A DNA stretch of 20,908 bases from Candidatus Hydrogenedentota bacterium (GTDB lineage: Bacteria; Hydrogenedentota; Hydrogenedentia; Hydrogenedentales; SLHB01): assembly GCA_034408725.1 (NCBI GenBank), contig JAWXCN010000210.1, positions 1 through 20,908 on the forward strand, read 5' to 3'. The position numbers were made by a program, and so were the translations under genes. Shown piece after piece: positions 17,347-20,908 of the stretch (its first letter is position 1; every line of letters starts with the position of its first letter). Under the pieces are notes generated by a model. That model was not told the DNA's origin. It was given only the letters and a program-made list of their open reading frames with translations, and made no database searches.

Positions 17347-18165
17347 TTACTGCGGTGCTTCAGGCAATGGAAATTGCTCTCCCATCCAATTCCTCCAGAG
17401 CGGCTCCTCATTCTTGGCGGCCATGGCCGCATTGCCGCCGTAGAAGTAGAATCGACTCGACAAGTAAACTTGACCTCCCATGGACATCGCGAAAAGGTGG
17501 GCGAGACCGGGCGCGGGTTCGTCGAGTCGCAGCAGTAACTCTTCCGGGTACGCTTCTTCGCCCACCCGTTCAACAATCCCGGCCAATCGCGGAACGCCAG
17601 ACGCGGTCGCAAAGCGCTGATTCTCCTTGACGCCGCCGAGGCCGAGCGAGTTGGTTAGTTTTGTCCAAGCCTCGGATTTAGGTTCGGGAGCTATCGCCAT
17701 GAGTTGAAACGCAGATGAATTTTCTCCCCGGAAGTGCGTGAGATAAAGCCGGAGAATACGAAAGAACGCGCGCCAACCGTGTACATGCCCCTCAAATTGT
17801 TTGTCCAAATTGTCTCTGTCCGTAACCCAACTGTGGACCACGCGTACAACACAGGTCCCGTTGGGGCGCGGCTCAACGATCCATTCGGTTGCTATTGTCG
17901 GATCGTCGGGTCCCATGTCGTCCCGGCTATTCGCTACGAACCGGCGTGGCGGTTCCCACGCCGTAATCGTCGAGACCGAATCCATTCCCGGCCCAAAGCT
18001 CGCCGTAACCGCGCCACCTTCACGCGGCTCTATTGTGGTCGGTACAAACCACGCCGAGATTCCAGGGCCTGTCGCGATGGCCTGCCAAACTTCCTCCGGA
18101 GTTCCGGGAACTTCAACTTCCGCTTCAACGGATCGGCGCCCAGTGGCGTTTATCTTTACAGACAT
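17347..18165 (-). CDS. SRPBCC / AHSA1-like (START fold) domain protein
   Basis: EVEVPGTPEEVWQAIATGPGISAWF, ITAWEPPRRF, VRVVHS and GWRAFFRIL. The AAGGAG SD fits ATG 18165 (alternative 18168). Confidence 0.88.
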   Translation of the reverse strand: MSVKINATGRRSVEAEVEVPGTPEEVWQAIATGPGISAWFVPTTIEPREGGAVTASFGPGMDSVSTITAWEPPRRFVANSRDDMGPDDPTIATEWIVEPRPNGTCVVRVVHSWVTDRDNLDKQFEGHVHGWRAFFRILRLYLTHFRGENSSAFQLMAIAPEPKSEAWTKLTNSLGLGGVKENQRFATASGVPRLAGIVERVGEEAYPEELLLRLDEPAPGLAHLFAMSMGGQVYLSSRFYFYGGNAAMAAKNEEPLWRNWMGEQFPLPEAPQ

Positions 18166-18226
18166 CATGGCTCCTTTTTCAGGGTTGATCCGGCGTCAGC
18201 CCACTCCGCCGCAAATCCGTAATGGG

Positions 18227-18255
18227 TTTAATACGTCTTTTCGTGTAAGCATAAT
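18227..18255 (+). promoter_or_regulatory. Candidate sigma70 promoter for the ceramidase-like gene
   Basis: TTTAAT-17 nt-CATAAT in the AT-rich divergent intergenic region. Confidence 0.3.
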
Positions 18256-18300
18256 AATAGCCGGAAAAGTCATAAACGAAATCTCCTGCCAGAGGGAATT

Positions 18301-19812
18301 ATGAGAAAAAATGCGTCTGTACCGTCTTGGCTCGCGTTAGTAACTTTAGCCGGTTTTTTCTGTGTTTCAACGCTCGCGGCCGAACTTACCGCCGGTGTCG
18401 CGAAAGTCGATATTACCAATCGCGATGCCGGCCCGGTTAACGATCCGCTCTATGCGAAAGCACTCGTGCTTAAGGATGGCACAACGTCCTTTGTAATTAT
18501 CACCGTGGACGCGGTCGCCATCGGCGAGATTGGGCATATCGCCAACGACTATTTGCCTACGGTCCGTGGGCGCATTGAATCCGAACTTGGAATTCCGCCG
18601 GCGTGCGTCATAATCAATGCGAGCCATTGCCACGGCGTGGTCTGCGCGGACGTAGCGGAGCGCACCATCGCAGCGGTTACGGAAGCGGCGCGGAACATGG
18701 TCCCGGTAACGGCCGGCGCGGGTAGCGGCCACGAGGATCGGATCATGGAAAACCGCCGGTTCAAACTGAAGGATGGCACTGAAGCCGACAGCCGGCACGC
18801 GTATTCGATCCCGGCTGATGATGCAATCGCAGGGGTCGGCCCGATAGACCCTGAAATCGGACTGCTTCGATTGGACACGCACGACGGCAATACCCTCGCT
18901 GTCGTGTATAACTTCGCATGTCATCCGATTCAAGGCGTGCCGGGCGGAGGCAACACCGCGGACCTCTCTGGATTTGCTTCGCAGGTGATCGAAGACAATG
19001 CGGGCGAGGACACCATCGCGCTGTTTCTGCAAGGGTGCGCGGGCGACATCAATCCCGCGATGTACAAGGACGTGAACAATCCGCGCGACGCGGAGCCGTT
19101 GGGGAATTTGCTCGGCCTGAGCGCGTTGAAAGCGTTGCGCAAAATTCAGACCAGGGAAGTCGCGCAGTTGTACGTGTTGAACGAAATCCTCGAACTGCCG
19201 CGCTCCGACACCGCGGAACAGATCACGTCGATGGAAGCGGAGCGGATGAAACTGCTCGACTCGCTGGTGGGGACCAGTCTGAATTTCAAGACTTTTATTC
19301 CGCTGTTCGTGAAGTACAATCTCGCGGAAGAATATCCATCCCATTATTCACATCGTTACATGCACGAAACGATGATGGGCCTCGAATATCTCAACAAGCT
19401 CGATGCGGAGAACCGCAGGAACATGCAGCAATACATCGACAACATCCATACGATGGAGCGGCTCACGCGCCTGCAAACGAACCTGGTGTTATTGCGCAAA
19501 CACCAGGCGGACAACTCCGCCGCCGAAAAACGCACGGTCGAAGTGGAGATTACCGGCGTTCGCATCGGCGATTTCGTGCTTGTGACATTCCCCGGCGAAC
19601 TCACGGTCGAGACCGGCCTCACTATCAAGCAGGCCTCTCCCCACGAACACACGTTCGTCGCCGGTTACACGAATGGCTACATCTATTACGCACCTACTGC
19701 CGATCAACTCTGCAACGTAGGTGGCGCGCAGGAAGACAGCGACTGCATCCTTGCGCCCGAATGGCAGGGGCTCTATCAACAGAAAGTCGCGGAGATGCTG
19801 AAAAAACTCTAA
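18301..19812 (+). CDS. Secreted neutral/alkaline ceramidase-like metallohydrolase (uncharacterised bacterial type)
   Basis: Signal peptide, AGVAKVDIT, DPLYAKALVL, INASHCH, NRR, GPIDPE, NFACHP, FLQGCAGDINP, FPGE and GYTNGYIYYAP. GAGGG SD. Confidence 0.75.
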   Translation: MRKNASVPSWLALVTLAGFFCVSTLAAELTAGVAKVDITNRDAGPVNDPLYAKALVLKDGTTSFVIITVDAVAIGEIGHIANDYLPTVRGRIESELGIPPACVIINASHCHGVVCADVAERTIAAVTEAARNMVPVTAGAGSGHEDRIMENRRFKLKDGTEADSRHAYSIPADDAIAGVGPIDPEIGLLRLDTHDGNTLAVVYNFACHPIQGVPGGGNTADLSGFASQVIEDNAGEDTIALFLQGCAGDINPAMYKDVNNPRDAEPLGNLLGLSALKALRKIQTREVAQLYVLNEILELPRSDTAEQITSMEAERMKLLDSLVGTSLNFKTFIPLFVKYNLAEEYPSHYSHRYMHETMMGLEYLNKLDAENRRNMQQYIDNIHTMERLTRLQTNLVLLRKHQADNSAAEKRTVEVEITGVRIGDFVLVTFPGELTVETGLTIKQASPHEHTFVAGYTNGYIYYAPTADQLCNVGGAQEDSDCILAPEWQGLYQQKVAEMLKKL

Positions 19813-19836
19813 CTGTCCATAAACGGAGTCTGGAGC

Positions 19837-20908
19837 ATGCACGTTACCCGAAGGCATTTCCTGCGCACCGCGGCCGCAACCGCGGCAGCGACATGCGCGC
19901 TTCCCGCGAATACCGCGGACGCGCCCAAACGGCCAAATATTATTTTCATCCTCGCAGACGACCTCGGCTACGGCGATCTCGGATGTTTCGGCCAGCAACG
20001 CATCCAAACGCCCAATCTCGATCGCATGGCGCGCGAAGGGGTCCGGTTTACACAATGCTACGCGGGAAGCACCGTGTGCGCACCCTCGCGTTGCGCATTG
20101 ATGACGGGCCTGCACACAGGTCACTGTTGGGTGCGCGGCAACGCACGGTTGCCGCTTCGCCCCGAAGATGTAACGGTCGCTGAACTTCTCAAGCAGGCGG
20201 GATACGCCACCGGTCTCATCGGAAAATGGGGCCTCGGCAACGAAGACACCACCGGCACGCCGAATAAACAGGGCTTCGACTATTTTTACGGCTACCTCGA
20301 CCAGGGCCACGCGCACAACTACTACCCGACGTTTCTCTGGCGCAACGAACAGCGCGTGCCGCTTAACAACACCGAAGACCCGCAACACCCCGGTGTCGCA
20401 ATCGAACGCAAAGAATATTCCCACGACCTGTTTGCAGAAGAAGCCCTGCGGTTTGTCGGACAGCACAAGGACAATCCGTTCTTCCTCTATCTCGCGCTAA
20501 CGACTCCGCACGCAAACAACGAAGCAGGAAAAGCGCGCGGAGACGGCATGGAAGTGCCCGACTATGGCGCCTACGCAAACGAGGACTGGCCAAACCCGCA
20601 AAAAGGCCACGCCGCCATGATCACCCGCATGGACCGCGACATCGGCCGCCTGATGGATAAATTGAAGGAACTGGGAATCGACAAGAACACGTTGGTCCTG
20701 TTTTCGAGCGACAACGGCACCCACAAGGAAGCCGGCGCGGACCCGGAATTTTTCCAAAGTTCGGGGCCGTTCCGCGGACACAAGCGCGCCCTGTATGACG
20801 GCGGCATACGCGTACCAACACTTGCATGGTGGCCCGGCACGCTTGTCGCAGGCGCGGACTCCGATCATATATGGGCAGTCTGGGATTTCTTGCCGACCGC
20901 GTGCGAAC
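19837..20908 (+). CDS. Tat-exported Cys-type arylsulfatase, S1 family (runs off the window end)
   Basis: Manual translation (not in the ORF track): [18 protein letters not shown]...[17 protein letters not shown]...[16 protein letters not shown]...GKWGLG...HAHNYYP...PHAN...SSDNG...[18 protein letters not shown]. Confidence 0.93.
   Translation, partial: MHVTRRHFLRTAAATAAATCALPANTADAPKRPNIIFILADDLGYGDLGCFGQQRIQTPNLDRMAREGVRFTQCYAGSTVCAPSRCALMTGLHTGHCWVRGNARLPLRPEDVTVAELLKQAGYATGLIGKWGLGNEDTTGTPNKQGFDYFYGYLDQGHAHNYYPTFLWRNEQRVPLNNTEDPQHPGVAIERKEYSHDLFAEEALRFVGQHKDNPFFLYLALTTPHANNEAGKARGDGMEVPDYGAYANEDWPNPQKGHAAMITRMDRDIGRLMDKLKELGIDKNTLVLFSSDNGTHKEAGADPEFFQSSGPFRGHKRALYDGGIRVPTLAWWPGTLVAGADSDHIWAVWDFLPTACE

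Noticed and set aside
16029..17612. 527-aa minus-strand ORF
   Set aside because: Antisense shadow of the sulfatase gene with no recognisable motifs. Long antisense frames are common in GC-rich coding DNA.
18367..20466. Long alternative ORFs (18367-19344 -, 18918-20183 +, 19489-20466 -)
   Set aside because: They overlap the well-supported ceramidase-like and sulfatase genes, and their Arg-rich or shadow-like sequences lack motifs.
1..20908. CRISPR arrays, tRNA/rRNA genes, tandem repeats, defence systems
   Set aside because: Intergenic gaps are all under about 175 nt with no repeated units or cloverleaf-like sequence. GCGCGC runs reflect codon bias, and no nuclease, methylase or toxin genes were recognised.

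Overview
GC-rich bacterial chromosomal region, about 60% GC by eye. The gene content (PVC-type haem protein, ThuA domain, Tat-exported sulfatases, ceramidase-like protein, TIGR04073 protein) suggests a PVC-like or Hydrogenedentota-like heterotroph; this is inference only. The left 13.3 kb is all minus strand. Read in transcription order it holds: a 1141-aa secreted multi-domain redox protein (degenerate SGNH + beta-propeller + HEAT + azurin-type cupredoxin + CxxCH cytochrome c), a ThuA-domain protein, a translationally coupled MacAB-like exporter (adaptor, ATPase, two permeases), a GH172/DUF2961 glycosidase, an OafA-type acyltransferase, a stand-alone TIGR04073 gene with its own promoter and terminator, then a small hypothetical protein, an HDOD protein and recF (truncated, absent from the ORF track). 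The right 7.6 kb is mostly plus strand: an AT-rich membrane protein, a DUF1349-like protein, a Tat alpha/beta-hydrolase, a Tat sulfatase, an inverted SRPBCC gene, a ceramidase-like protein and a second Tat sulfatase (truncated, absent from the ORF track). No RNA genes, CRISPR arrays or mobile elements were seen. The best candidate for an uncharacterised system is the copper+haem propeller protein with its ThuA partner.
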